Of a stretch of DNA of 64,000 bases, positions 1 to 10,700 are shown piece after piece. The stretch's first letter is position 1, and the number at the start of each line of letters is the position of its first letter. Origin of the DNA: Candidatus Marinacidobacterales bacterium (GTDB lineage: Bacteria; Acidobacteriota; Vicinamibacteria; Marinacidobacterales; SMYC01); contig OZ250169.1 in assembly GCA_965237955.1 (NCBI GenBank), positions 1,728,001 through 1,792,000 on the forward strand, written 5' to 3'. The translations under genes were made by a program, and so were the position numbers. The notes beneath the pieces were generated by a model. It was not told the DNA's origin. It searched no databases and was given only the letters and a program-made list of their open reading frames with translations.

Positions 1-258
1 GTAGAGGTTGAGCGTTACCATGGGATGACCCATGTGGGCCGGAGGCCTACGTTCGGTCTCGACGAGCGCATGGTGGAAACGCATCTTTTCGACTTCAATC
101 GAGAGATTTACGGAGCGGTAACTCGCCTTTACTTTCACCGACGGATCCGGGGGACGGTGGCGTTCGACTCGGCAGAGGCGCTCAAGGCTCGTCTCGAGGA
201 GGACGAGGACGAGGCGCGGAGCTTCTTTCGCGGGCGCGGCCGGAACCTTGTGTTGTAA
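1..258 (+). CDS. ribF: Riboflavin kinase/FAD synthetase, C-terminal part (truncated by window start)
   Basis: GMTHVGRRPTF...VETHLFDFNREIYG...IRGTVAFDS is the typical riboflavin kinase domain; frame open from base 1. Confidence 0.9.
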   Translation, partial: VEVERYHGMTHVGRRPTFGLDERMVETHLFDFNREIYGAVTRLYFHRRIRGTVAFDSAEALKARLEEDEDEARSFFRGRGRNLVL

Positions 259-336
259 AATGCGTACCCATAAGTAGGACGGTTTTGCGGTGGGGTCCCG
301 GTGGTCCTAGGAGATTTCTGTTTGGCTGATCTAACA

Positions 337-681
337 ATGGAGAGCCGGCAAGTGGGTGATGTGACCGTGATCTGCCCCCAGGGTTTCATCAACGCACACA
401 CCGTCCGTCAATTCGAGCAGGCGCTGAGCCAGGCTCTCGAGGACGGTCACGACAAGATCCTCATCAACGGCTCGGGGCTGGCGTACATCGCGAGTGCCGG
501 GCTCGGCGTGATCATGGGTCTGATCGAGGATACGCGGGCCAAAGGCGGGGACATCCGCCTCGCGGAGCTCAACGACACGGTGCGCAACATTTTCGAGGTG
601 CTCGGCTTCAACCACCTCTGCAAGATATTGAGCTCGGAACAAGAGGGGGTGGAGAGCTACCAGGCGGGCACCGCGGGCTAA
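337..681 (+). CDS. STAS-domain anti-anti-sigma factor (RsbV/SpoIIAA-like)
   Basis: YIASAGLG phospho-Ser motif, GGDIRLAEL, IFEVLGF; ATG at 337. Confidence 0.9.
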   Translation: MESRQVGDVTVICPQGFINAHTVRQFEQALSQALEDGHDKILINGSGLAYIASAGLGVIMGLIEDTRAKGGDIRLAELNDTVRNIFEVLGFNHLCKILSSEQEGVESYQAGTAG

Positions 682-688
682 CGTCGAC

Positions 689-1147
689 ATGTCGACCAAG
701 TCTTCCGGCACGCGCGCGCTGATGGAGCTTTGCTTCCCCAGCGACAGCAAATACCTCCATATGGTGCACGAGATGACGCGGCTCCTGGCAGAGACGACGG
801 GCTTCGAGACCGCGGAAGCGGAGAAGATTGCGCTCGCAGTCGACGAAGCAACCACGAACGTCGTGCAGCATGCCTACGGGGGGGAAGCGGGTCACGAGAT
901 AGAAGTGCACTTCGATCCCGAGGGGGACAGCCTCGATATCGTCATCTTCCACGAGGGAAAGCCGCTCGAGTCCATGCCGGTGCCCGCGTTCGATCTCGAC
1001 GAGCTTGTTGCCGAGCACAAGACCGGCGGGCTCGGCCTCACGATCATGCGGCAGATGATGGACAAGGTGGAGCACACGAAAGCCGGGACCGGCAAGAACA
1101 TGTGCGTCATGGTCCGCTACAAGCAGCGTGATCCGGCCGAGAGCTAA
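689..1147 (+). CDS. Anti-sigma factor Ser/Thr kinase (RsbW-like, HATPase_c_2)
   Basis: LAVDEATTNVVQHAY N-box, GGLGLTIMRQMMDKV G-box. Confidence 0.9.
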   Translation: MSTKSSGTRALMELCFPSDSKYLHMVHEMTRLLAETTGFETAEAEKIALAVDEATTNVVQHAYGGEAGHEIEVHFDPEGDSLDIVIFHEGKPLESMPVPAFDLDELVAEHKTGGLGLTIMRQMMDKVEHTKAGTGKNMCVMVRYKQRDPAES

Positions 1148-1174
1148 GCGCCGGGACAAGATCGAATTTGGCCC

Positions 1175-2975
1175 ATGTCGTCCGATGAAACGCCTGCATC
1201 CTACCGTTATCAACAAGCCCTCGGACCACTCGCTCGGTGCATCGAGGACCCCAAAGCGCAGAAAAAACTCTCGGAGGTTCTGGCACTTCTCGACTTCAAC
1301 TCCACGCTGAACCGCTCGCTCGAGCTTTCCGAGATCCTCGATCTCGTTCTGTTCGTCGCCATGGGCGAGACACGAGCGAGCTGGGCGGGAGTGTTGTTGC
1401 GGGAGAACGAGGGGCCACTGAGAACGCCAACGCCAACGCCAATGCCAACGGCCACGCGTCGCGGTCGAAGCGATGACCGATGGAGTGCGCTCGAGATTCC
1501 CGGGCCGGCAAGCCCGCCCGCGATCGCGGGCGTCGGTGACGAAGACGTGAGCGTTTGGGCGCGCGACGTCTTGACCGCATCAGGTGCCGCGCTCCTGGTG
1601 CCGCTCGTGAAAGCCGAACGCCTCGTAGGTGTGCTGCTCCTGGGCGATAGAGGCGAGCCGTACGGAGCCGAGGAGCGTTTGTTCGCGGAATCGGCTTTGC
1701 GTTTCCGCGGCAGCCGCGATCGACAACGGCCGCGTTTACGAGGAGGTTCAGCGCCTCAACCAGCGTTTGTCGCTGAAGGTCTATCAGCTCGACTCTCTGT
1801 TCGATATCACCCGCGAGCTCAATCGCAGTCCCGATGTCTCCAGAGTTCGCGAAGTGCTCCTCACCAACGCGATGGGTCACGTCCTCACGACGCGCGCGTT
1901 GATGTTGCACGATGGTCGTGTCGTGGAGCAAAGAGGGTGCACGTTGACGCCCGAGGACCGAGCGCGCCTCGAAGCCGGCAGCCACAAGCTCGCGGAGCTC
2001 GCGGACGAGAGCTCTCTCGCCGAGCTTCCCGAGGGAGAAGTGCGCGATATCCTGCGCCGTCTCGGCATCGATACCGTGACCCCGCTGCGATCGGGCGAGA
2101 GCTCCCATGGAGCGCTTCTTCTCGGGCCCCGAGCTTCTGGAAAACCGTCGGCTGACGACGATCGCGATTTTCTGCGTTCGCTCGTATCGCAAGCGGCAGC
2201 GGCGCTCGATAATTTGAGGCTTACTCGCGAGTTCGTCGAAAAGCAGAAGATCGAAAAGGAAATGGCCATCGCGCGCCGCATCCAGCGAACGCTCCTACCC
2301 CAAAGCGAGCCCGGGATCGACGGCTGGGACATCGGCCGGGATCAACATCCCGTGTCTCACCGTCGGCGGAGACTACTTCGACTACGTCGACCGTGGTGGC
2401 GGCAAGCATTGGTTGGTGATCGCGGACGTTTCCGGCAAAGGAACAGGCGCAGCTCTTCTGATGGCATCGGTTCAGGCGGCGCTCCACGCGCTCGCGGGGC
2501 TCGGGGAGATTTCGCTCGAGGCGCTGGCCGAGCGGTTGAACGAGATCGTTTATTCGAGCACCGAGGGCAATCGCTACGTGACCGCGTTTTTTGCCATGGT
2601 GGATGCGCCCACGGAGAAACGACGTTCGTCAACGCCGGCCATTGTTTTCCGGTGTTGTTGCGCGGCAACGGCACCGTGGAGCGCCTCGAGGAAGGCGGCC
2701 CCGTGATTGGGCTCCTTCCGAAGATATCGCTGACGTCGGGACGGACGCGCCTCGATTCCGGAGATCTACTCGTTCTCTACACCGACGGCCTGTCGGAAAC
2801 GAGCAGTCCCGATGGCGAAGAGTTCGAGGAGGAGCGCATTATCGAGATCATGCGCGAGAGCGTTTCTAAGCCCTCACGTGAGATCATGGCGACGCTCCTG
2901 TCCCGCGTTCGTGTTTTTGCGGCGGAGGCGGGTTTGGCAGATGATTTGACGTTGATGGTCGTGCAGAGAACCTAG
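1175..2975 (+). CDS. GAF-domain PP2C/SpoIIE phosphatase (RsbU-like), with about three frameshifts (~1694, ~2335, ~2615)
   Basis: Pieces in different frames: GAF-like segments, ARRIQRTLLP, VGGDYFD, IADVSGKG, FVNAGH, LYTDGLSE, DDLTL. Confidence 0.85.
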
Positions 2976-4379
2976 ATGACACAGTTGAAGCTCACGAACA
3001 CTCTTGGGGGAAAGCTCGAGCCGTTCGAGCCGATCGAAGACGGATACGTCCGCATGTACACCTGCGGGCTCACCGTCTACAACCGCGGGCACATCGGAAA
3101 TTTTCGAACCTTCGTCTCCCAGGACATCTTGAGGCGCTATCTCCAGTACAAAGGTTTCAACGTCACCCAGGCGATGAACTTCACCGACGTGGACGACAAG
3201 ACGATTGCCGGAGCGAGGGAGGCCGGCGTCGGACTTCGCGAGTACACCCAGACCTACATCGACTACTTCTTCGAGGATTGCAAGACCCTCAACATTCAAA
3301 AGGCGGAGCACTACCCGCGCGCGACCGACCAGAAGTACCTCGATGCGATGGTCGCGCTCGTCCAAAAGCTCGAAGAGCGCGGGCACACGTATCGAAGCGA
3401 CGGCTCGGTTTACTTCAAAGTGGACTCGTTGCCGGACTACGGAAAACTCTCGCGCGTCGACGTCCGTGGCATGAAGGCCGGCGCTCGCGTCGATTCCGAC
3501 GAGTACGAGAAAGAGAACGCGCGGGACTTCGTCTTATGGAAAAGCCCGAAAGACGGCGAAGTTTCCTGGGATACGGCGATTGGTCCCGGGCGTCCGGGGT
3601 GGCATCTCGAATGTTCGGCGATTAGCATGATGATTCTCGGCGAGACCTTCGACCTTCACGCCGGGGGTGTCGATCTCATCTTCCCGCACCACGAAAACGA
3701 GATCGCACAAAGTGAAGGTGCCACCGGAAAGCCGTTCGTCCGGCACTGGATGCACTCCGAGTTTCTTCTCGTCGAAGGCGAGAAGATGTCCAAGTCCAAA
3801 GGAAATCAGTTCACGGTGAAAGACCTTTTGGACGAAGGCTACTCGGCGATGGCGATCCGTTACTTGTTGCTCTCGGTCTACTATCGCCAGCAGCTCAACT
3901 TCACCCGTGACGGGCTCGCGCAGGCGGCGACCGCCATCCGGCGCGTGGACGACTTCCTCGACCGCCTCGGCGAGGTGAAACGCGATGGCGAGGCGTCGGA
4001 TGAGACCAAAGAGGCGGTGGCGAGCGGTCTCGAGCGGTTCGAGGCCGCGATGGACGACGACTTGAATACGTCTGCCGCACTCGCCGCACTTTTCGACCTC
4101 GTCAAGGGAGGGAACACCGCACTTTCTTCGTCTAATGTAACCAAGGGGGATGCGGAAGCGTTCCGCGAGGCCGTCGAGCGCATGAACTCGGTCTTCGGTG
4201 TTTTCGGCCGTAGCGAGAGGCTCACCCTGGACGAAGAAGTCGAAAAGCTAATCCAGGAGCGCAGAGACGCCCGAGCGAACCGCGATTTCGCCCGATCCGA
4301 CGAGATCCGCGACGAGCTCGATGCGCGCAATATCGTCCTGGAGGACACCCCCTCGGGGACACGTTGGCGACGAAAGTAA
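2976..4379 (+). CDS. cysS: Cysteine--tRNA ligase
   Basis: MYTCGLTVY, HIGN, GRPGWHLECS, FPHHENE, KMSKS. Confidence 0.98.
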   Translation: MTQLKLTNTLGGKLEPFEPIEDGYVRMYTCGLTVYNRGHIGNFRTFVSQDILRRYLQYKGFNVTQAMNFTDVDDKTIAGAREAGVGLREYTQTYIDYFFEDCKTLNIQKAEHYPRATDQKYLDAMVALVQKLEERGHTYRSDGSVYFKVDSLPDYGKLSRVDVRGMKAGARVDSDEYEKENARDFVLWKSPKDGEVSWDTAIGPGRPGWHLECSAISMMILGETFDLHAGGVDLIFPHHENEIAQSEGATGKPFVRHWMHSEFLLVEGEKMSKSKGNQFTVKDLLDEGYSAMAIRYLLLSVYYRQQLNFTRDGLAQAATAIRRVDDFLDRLGEVKRDGEASDETKEAVASGLERFEAAMDDDLNTSAALAALFDLVKGGNTALSSSNVTKGDAEAFREAVERMNSVFGVFGRSERLTLDEEVEKLIQERRDARANRDFARSDEIRDELDARNIVLEDTPSGTRWRRK

Positions 4380-4762
4380 TCGACGACCTGATTTGCAGGT
4401 GGCGCGCCCGGAGCAATCTTGGCCAGCGCGGCGAAGCTCTCGCCGCCAAAGAGCGGAAACGACGCGGCTACGAGATTCTCGAGCGGCGCTGGCGTTGCCG
4501 CTTTGGCGAAATCGATATCGTGGCCCGGGATGGCGATACCGTCGTGGTCGTCGAGGTCAAAACCCGTACCCGCAATGACCATTTCCGCTCAGTGGATGCG
4601 GTCGACGCCAAGAAGCAACGGAAGCTGATCCAGCTCGCGAAAGCCTATGTTCGAGCCCACCTCGAAGGCGACGTCACCGTCCGGTTCGATGTCGTGGGCA
4701 TCACGAAGGCTCCCCAAAAACGTCCGAAAATAGAGCACATCCGCAATGCGTTCGAAGCGTGA
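4364..4762 (+). CDS. YraN family protein (UPF0102)
   Basis: GEIDIVARDG..VVVEVKTR, RFDVV, HIRNAF. Confidence 0.9.
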   Translation: MATKVIDDLICRWRARSNLGQRGEALAAKERKRRGYEILERRWRCRFGEIDIVARDGDTVVVVEVKTRTRNDHFRSVDAVDAKKQRKLIQLAKAYVRAHLEGDVTVRFDVVGITKAPQKRPKIEHIRNAFEA

Positions 4763-4766
4763 CATT

Positions 4767-4795
4767 TTGACAAACCTTTATCCACGTGCTACATA
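4767..4795 (+). promoter_or_regulatory. Putative sigma70 promoter of the tRNA-Gly/Cys pair
   Basis: TTGACA (4767-4772), 17 nt spacer, TACATA preceded by TG. Confidence 0.55.
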
Positions 4796-4817
4796 TAGCG
4801 TTTGCCCGTTGGTCTGG

Positions 4818-4892
4818 GCGGGACTAACTCAGTGGTAGAGTGCGACCTTGCCAAGGTCGAAGTCGCGGGTTCGAATCCCGTGTCCCGCTCCA
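4818..4892 (+). tRNA. tRNA-Gly (GCC)
   Basis: GCGGGAC/GTCCCGC acceptor stem, anticodon loop TTGCCAA, GGTTCGAATCC, CCA end. Confidence 0.97.
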
Positions 4893-4928
4893 ACTAACGT
4901 CTTCCAGAACGCTCACCGACACGGTTCC

Positions 4929-5004
4929 GGCGGCGTAGCCAAGTGGCCAAGGCGGAGGTCTGCAAAACCTCTATTCGGCGGTTCGAATCCGCCCGCCGCC
5001 TCCA
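4929..5004 (+). tRNA. tRNA-Cys (GCA)
   Basis: GGCGGCG acceptor, anticodon loop CTGCAAA, GGTTCGAATCC, TCCA end. Confidence 0.97.
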
Positions 5005-5034
5005 ATTTTCACCGAGCGAAGCTCGGTGAAATTT
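5004..5034 (+). terminator. Hairpin after tRNA-Cys (terminator-like)
   Basis: TTTCACCGAGC-GAA-GCTCGGTGAAA inverted repeat. Confidence 0.55.
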
Positions 5035-5179
5035 GCCCGCCGTAGCCTAGAAATCCAAACGAATAGATGAGTGCAATGACTTCGTAAACGCCAAGCTTTC
5101 CTGTTTCCAGCGACATGGTCCCAGGCCGTGATTGTAGTTCGCTATGACTCGAAGGTTCAAAGGCGAGAACGGTCGGTCG

Positions 5180-5572
5180 TCACGACTCGCGAGCGGCGAT
5201 CCGTTGACGAAACCAGATCGTGAGCGGCTCGATGTCGATGTTCCCGCGAGCGACCTCCATGGTGACGTCCTCGAGCTCCTTCGGTGTGATGTTGGCGGTC
5301 CAATCATTCAGTTCGATGAACACGAGAGCCGCGTGTGCGCCGACGCGTTTGTTTCCGTCAACGAACGGATGATTGGCGACGAGCGCGTGCATCAGGGCAG
5401 CCGCCTTCGCCGCCACGTCGGCATACAAGTCCTCGCCGCCGAATGTCATCGCTGGTCGCGCGATCGCGGCGTCGAGCGCCCTTGAATCCCGGCATCCCGC
5501 GCTTCCGCCGTAGTATTCGATCTGAACTCTGTGGAGCTCCTCGATCTGCTCGATCGAGAGACAGAGGATCAC
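5180..5572 (-). CDS. Doc/Fic-family toxin (death-on-curing)
   Basis: HPFVDGNKR Fic motif; GTG start overlaps the antitoxin stop. Confidence 0.92.
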   Translation of the reverse strand: MILCLSIEQIEELHRVQIEYYGGSAGCRDSRALDAAIARPAMTFGGEDLYADVAAKAAALMHALVANHPFVDGNKRVGAHAALVFIELNDWTANITPKELEDVTMEVARGNIDIEPLTIWFRQRIAARES

Positions 5573-5817
5573 TATTTCGCCAGTTTCTCGAACGCCTTGT
5601 CGTATTTCTTTCGAACCCTTTCTGCGACCCGCTCGAATCGGTTCGTGACCTTGCCATCTTCGAAGTACTTCACGCCGGCTCGGATGATGACCGCGCCCGT
5701 TGTCGGATGGATGGCGACGTCGACCGATTCTCCCTTTTGGAGCTCGAACTCCTTGACGATTTCGGCGGGCAATGTCACGGCGAGTGACTGGCCGATCTGC
5801 ACCAGTTTTCGCTTCAT
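5572..5817 (-). CDS. AbrB/MazE-type antitoxin
   Basis: MKRKLVQIGQSLAVTLP...KYDKAFEKLAK; coupled to doc. Confidence 0.9.
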   Translation of the reverse strand: MKRKLVQIGQSLAVTLPAEIVKEFELQKGESVDVAIHPTTGAVIIRAGVKYFEDGKVTNRFERVAERVRKKYDKAFEKLAK

Positions 5818-5830
5818 ATATATTTAATAC

Positions 5831-7546
5831 GGTTCTCCTGTCGTTTCGGGGGATCTGATTTGTGTTGGAGGGCATGGCCTATGGACGCTGCCGCGATTGT
5901 GGAAAACGCCGGAAACTCCGGGCGAGAGAGGCGTTTAGGGAAAGGTTGTGAGCACGTACAAACGTGGAGCGGCGTTTTCCACAATCGCTTGGAAAACGCT
6001 TCGCGTTTTCCACGAGCGCCCACAGGCCCCTCCTGATATATATACAAGAAAGATTAATTCATATGGAATAAGGAAGGGGGGGCTCGATTAGTGGAGGCTA
6101 TGGAAAACGCCCTTCCAGGCTTCGAAGAGAACTCAGTCGTGAGCAAGGTCTGAACGACCAGAACCGTGGGGGCGTTTCCCACAGCCTTGTCTCCCGCTGA
6201 GGGGCAGTGGCATTTGGTGAGGCCCGTGGGTTGAGAGGGTAAGCCATGTGTAGATGCGCATCGGCGAGAACGCTAGAATCTTTTTTTCCGAAAGAGAAAA
6301 GAGCGTTCCCGCGATGCGCGTTACTACGTTAGTCAACAAGCTCATCGGATTGCAAGGCCTGTGGGTCCGAGGTTTCCACTTCCAGGCGGACAAAGCCAGA
6401 GTGGTGGTGGATGTAGTACCACGGAGGAGGAAGCCTCTGTGCGGGATTTGCGGACGAAAGGTCCGCAAGAACAAAGATCGCTACAATCGCTACTGGCGGC
6501 ACTTGGACCTGTTCGGAGTCCGGACCTATCTTCGCTACTCGATCCGACGAGTGGTATGTCGGCGGTGTGGAGTGGTCAGAGAAAAGGTGCCTTGGGCCGA
6601 CAAGGGAAGCCGCTTTACCAAAAGCTTCGAACAAGAGGTAGCGTGGCTGGCACAGAGGACGGACGTCAGCGCCGTAGCGAACTATTTCCGAGTGACGTGG
6701 CGTTCGGTGCGACGGATCATCCAGCGAGTGGTTGCCGAGCAGCGGGATGAGCGGCGCGAGCTCGATGGATTGCGGGTGATTGGGATGGACGAGATCAGCT
6801 ACCGCAAACGCCACAAGTACTTAACAGTGGTAATAGACCATCTCAGCGGCCGGGTCGTCTGGGCGGGAAAGGAGCGCAAGGCCAAGACGCTGCTGCGGTT
6901 TTTCCGCAAGCTCGGACCACAAAGAGCCGCGGAGCTCGAAGCGGTCAGCATGGACATGTGGGAGCCGTACATAACTGTCGTCGGCAAAAAGGCTCCTCAG
7001 GCACGGGTGATCTTTGACCGCTTCCACATCGTCAAGCATCTGAACGAGGCCGTGGATAAGACCCGGCGCGAGCTGGTGCGCGAGCTCAAAGGGACTGCCC
7101 GGCGCAACCTCAAGAACACCAAGTTTCCCCTTCTCAAGGCCAAACACAACCGCAGCGCGAAAGACAAACGGGTGCTCCGCGAGCAGGTGCGAGCTAATCG
7201 TCGCCTCTACCGCGCCATGCTTCTGCGCGACGACTTCATGGACCTCTACACCTACAAAACCGAGACATGGGCCAAGAAGTTTCTCCGAGGATGGCTGCGG
7301 CGCGCTATGAGCTCGAGGATAGAGCCCGTCAAACGCGCGGCGAAGATGAGCAGCCACTTCGATGGCGTCATCGCGTGGGTCACGTGGAGACTCAGCAACG
7401 GCCGACTCGAAGGAATGAACAACAAAATCAGGCTGCTGAGCCACCGCAGCTTTGGACTCCACTCTGCCGAAGCTCTCATCAGTCTCGTCTACCTAAACTG
7501 TGGCGGTCTCACCCTCGAGAGGATCCACTGAAATGGCAGGAGAGGC
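5831..7546 (+). mobile_element. ISL3-family insertion sequence, copy 1
   Basis: Imperfect TIRs GGTTCTCCTGTCGTTTC.../...GAAATGGCAGGAGAGGC; 8-bp TSD TTTAATAC (5823-5830, 7547-7554). Confidence 0.96.
6314..7531 (+). CDS. ISL3-family transposase
   Basis: CGICG/CRRCG zinc finger, IGMDE, SMDMW, DRFHIVK, SNGRLEGMNNKIR. Confidence 0.96.
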   Translation: MRVTTLVNKLIGLQGLWVRGFHFQADKARVVVDVVPRRRKPLCGICGRKVRKNKDRYNRYWRHLDLFGVRTYLRYSIRRVVCRRCGVVREKVPWADKGSRFTKSFEQEVAWLAQRTDVSAVANYFRVTWRSVRRIIQRVVAEQRDERRELDGLRVIGMDEISYRKRHKYLTVVIDHLSGRVVWAGKERKAKTLLRFFRKLGPQRAAELEAVSMDMWEPYITVVGKKAPQARVIFDRFHIVKHLNEAVDKTRRELVRELKGTARRNLKNTKFPLLKAKHNRSAKDKRVLREQVRANRRLYRAMLLRDDFMDLYTYKTETWAKKFLRGWLRRAMSSRIEPVKRAAKMSSHFDGVIAWVTWRLSNGRLEGMNNKIRLLSHRSFGLHSAEALISLVYLNCGGLTLERIH

Positions 7547-7724
7547 TTTAATACTAACTATCTGGCTGAAGCGCAAGTGCGGAGGGCTGGAAGTGTCCAG
7601 GCCAGCGTGGCGAAAACAGGGCGTCTGGTGTGGTGAAAGCCCCTCATTGCGGCGCACATCGAAAGTCGGGCTCCGGCGCTAGGATTGGGGCGGAATCGAA
7701 TCCAACCAGAACCGGGGGGAAGTC

Positions 7725-10700
7725 GTGAATCGCCGTGAATCGAAGCGTTCGGCTGTGTTCGGCGCCGCTCTCTTGGGTGCCCTAACGATGTTGACGGTCT
7801 CGGGAGTTAGCTCGGCTCAGACGTTCTACATTGCGACGGACGGAGACGATGGGTCCGGAGACGGTTCCATGGGCGCTCCGTGGGCGACGATCACCCATGC
7901 GCTCGACTCGGTATCCGACGACAGCACGATTCTGGTGCGACCCGGCACCTACTTCGGACGTGTCAATCTCCGTGGCACGTTTGCGAACGGTGTCACCGTG
8001 CGCTCGGAGATTCCCTACGACGCGCGCCTTCGCTACGACGCCACCGTGGTCATCTGCTTCTACGGTCAAGGCATCACGCTCGAGGGATTCGATATTGCCC
8101 ATGACGGCCCGGGTGCCGGCGGTCTCGTGATCCAAGTTCAGGATCTGATCGGCGAACCTGGTGGGGCCGACTTCGTCAGCCGCATCACGTTTCGCAACAA
8201 CGTGCTCCACGGCAGCTTCAATAACGACATCCTCAAGATCAATAACGGCGCGGGCAACGTCACCGTCGAGGGAAACATCTTCTACAACCAGACGGGGAGT
8301 GACGAGCACATCGACGTCAATAGCGTTACCGATGTCGTTATTCAAGACAATGTGTTCTTTAACTATTTTTCGGGAAGCGGGCGCGTCAACGACAACAACA
8401 CCAGCGGCTACATCGTCATCAAGGACAGCAATGCCGGTGACGACACGAACCTCGGGAGCGAGCGCATCACCGTCAGGCGCAACGTCTTCCTCAACTGGGA
8501 AGGCTCGACCGGCTCCAACTTCGTGCTGGTGGGCGAGGACGGCCAACCCTTCTACGAAGCTCGAGAAGTCCTGGTCGAGAACAATCTCATGATCGGGAAC
8601 TCGTCCAACGTGATGCGATCGTCGTTCGGGGTCAAGGGGGGCACCGAGATCACGTTCCGGTACAACACGGTCGTAGGCGATCTTCCTTCCCTCGCTTACG
8701 CCATGCGCTTGAACACCGAGGGCTCGAATCTTCCCAACGACGACATCTTTTTCGAGAACAACATCTGGTCGGATCCGACAGGTATGATGGGCGCAGAAAA
8801 TTCGGATCGCCCCAACGATTTTTCCGACACTCCTCCGGACGAAACCATCGACTATCTGCTCGATAGCAATCTGTATTGGAACGGAGGCGCCGCCATTCCG
8901 TCGAATCTGGCCGAGCTCGTGAACTATACGGATGACGTGCGTCGTACGGTTGCCGACCCGCTCGTGCGCGACCCCGCCGGCGTCGTGTTGCCTCGCTACA
9001 TTCCGTTGGCGCAAGATTTCGCCGACGGCTCGACGACGATTCGAGAGGTCTTTGTCAACCTCGTCGATCTCTACGCGGCGGTGGATCCGGCGAGCCCTGT
9101 CATCGATGCCGCCGTCGGAGCGAGCCCGCCAACCGACATTCTCGGCAATCCTCGACCCGTCGGCGCCCGCGCCGATATCGGGGCGTGGGAGCGCCAAAGC
9201 GCGGCGCCGGTGTTCTCGCTCGACGTCACTCGATCCGGAACCGGCGCCGGCTCTGTCTCGAGCGTTCCATCAGGAATCAGCTGCAGCGGAGACTGCTCGC
9301 ACGACTTTACGGCCGACACCTCGGTAACGTTGACCGCGACGCCCGCCCCCGGCTCGGTGTTTGCGGGATGGAGCGGTGACTGTAGCGGTACGGACGTTTG
9401 TGTCGTCTCGATGACAGCGGATCGATCGGTCGACGCCAACTTCACCAGCCTGGGTACTCGAACACTGACGGTCACCACGTCCGGCAGCGGCACGGGGATG
9501 ATCGTGAGTGATCTTCCCGGCATCAGCTGCGGCGGCGACTGCTCGGAGAGTTATCTTCACAGCACCGCGGTGACACTGACAGCGATCTCCACGGGTGGCT
9601 CCACGTTCGTCGAATGGACCGGAGCGTGCAGTGGTAGCGGCGCATGTGTCGTGACCATGACGGATGATCTGGCCGTGGACGCGAGCTTCATCGCAGGCGA
9701 AGCCTACGACTACTCCTATCGCGTCACCGTCGAGAACCTCACCGGAGCTCAGGCGCTCACAGCGCCGGTGGTGGCGACCCACACCGGCCGCGTACGGCTC
9801 TACCGACCGCGACGATCCGCAAGCGCCGAGATCCAGGCGCTCGCCGAGAACGGTGACACGACTCCGCTTTTGACACTGCTTGGCGATGATGCCGGCGTCT
9901 CCGATATCGCCACCGGAGCGACGGGTGCGCTCGTGCCCGCGAGCGATCCAGGGGGGACACTTCTTGACAGCTCGACCAACATTCTCATCGGAGCCGACCG
10001 GCGTGCCAAGTTCCTTTCGGTGGTGTCCATGGTGGTGTGCACGAACGACGGGTTTACCGGACTCAATCGGGTGAGATTGCCGAAGAGCGGCGTCAGCGTG
10101 TATTTCCCCCGTGTCAGCGACGCCGGCACCGAGACTAACACCGAGGACTTCGCCGACCTCGTACCGGCTTGTCAATCCCTCCTTGGGATCGGGTCCGCCG
10201 ACGCGGGCACGCTCGTGAGCAATCCCGCCCTCGCAGAAGGCGGGCGTATCTTTCCGCATGCCGGCGTTGTCGGCGGAGACGACTTGATTCCATCGACCCA
10301 TGGCTGGCTCGACCCGATGGTCCGCGTCACGGTGACGCCTCTCCGCTCGGGCGCGCGTAGGCTCAGAGCCCGGCTGAACGGCAAGCAAGTCGTCGCCCAA
10401 GACGTTGATGGAAACAATACGTTCGTCGACACCCTTGCCAAGGGTACGCTGAATTTGCGATTGCTCGGAGGTGATACGCAGCTCAAGCACACGCTCGTCG
10501 TCCGCCGCATCGATGATGTGACCGAAGCGCACATTCGCGCCGGCCTCCCGAACGAGAACGGCCCGATCGTCGCGACGCTCTACGGGCCGCCCCCCCCCGA
10601 TGGGCGCTTCAACGGTCGATTAGCTCGAAGGAACCTCACCGAAGCCGATCTCGTGGGCCCGTTCGCGGGAGATTTCCCCGGCTTCCTCGCCGCACTCGGA

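Noticed and set aside
1427-1450. CCAACG hexamer repeat as a phase-variation tract
   Set aside because: An in-frame, imperfect four-unit repeat encoding a Pro/Thr linker.
1175-2975. Programmed frameshifting in the RsbU-like gene (also the epimerase, ECF41, serine hydrolase, kinase and DUF4388 genes)
   Set aside because: No slippery sites seen; scattered single-base indels in many unrelated genes fit sequencing error or decay better.
4778-4786. DnaA box (TTATCCACG) or replication origin
   Set aside because: A single 8/9 match inside the tRNA promoter spacer, with no box cluster or dnaA context.
7345-7355. 3-bp difference between the two ISL3 transposases as a functional variant
   Set aside because: A single in-frame indel that cannot be told apart from a consensus error.
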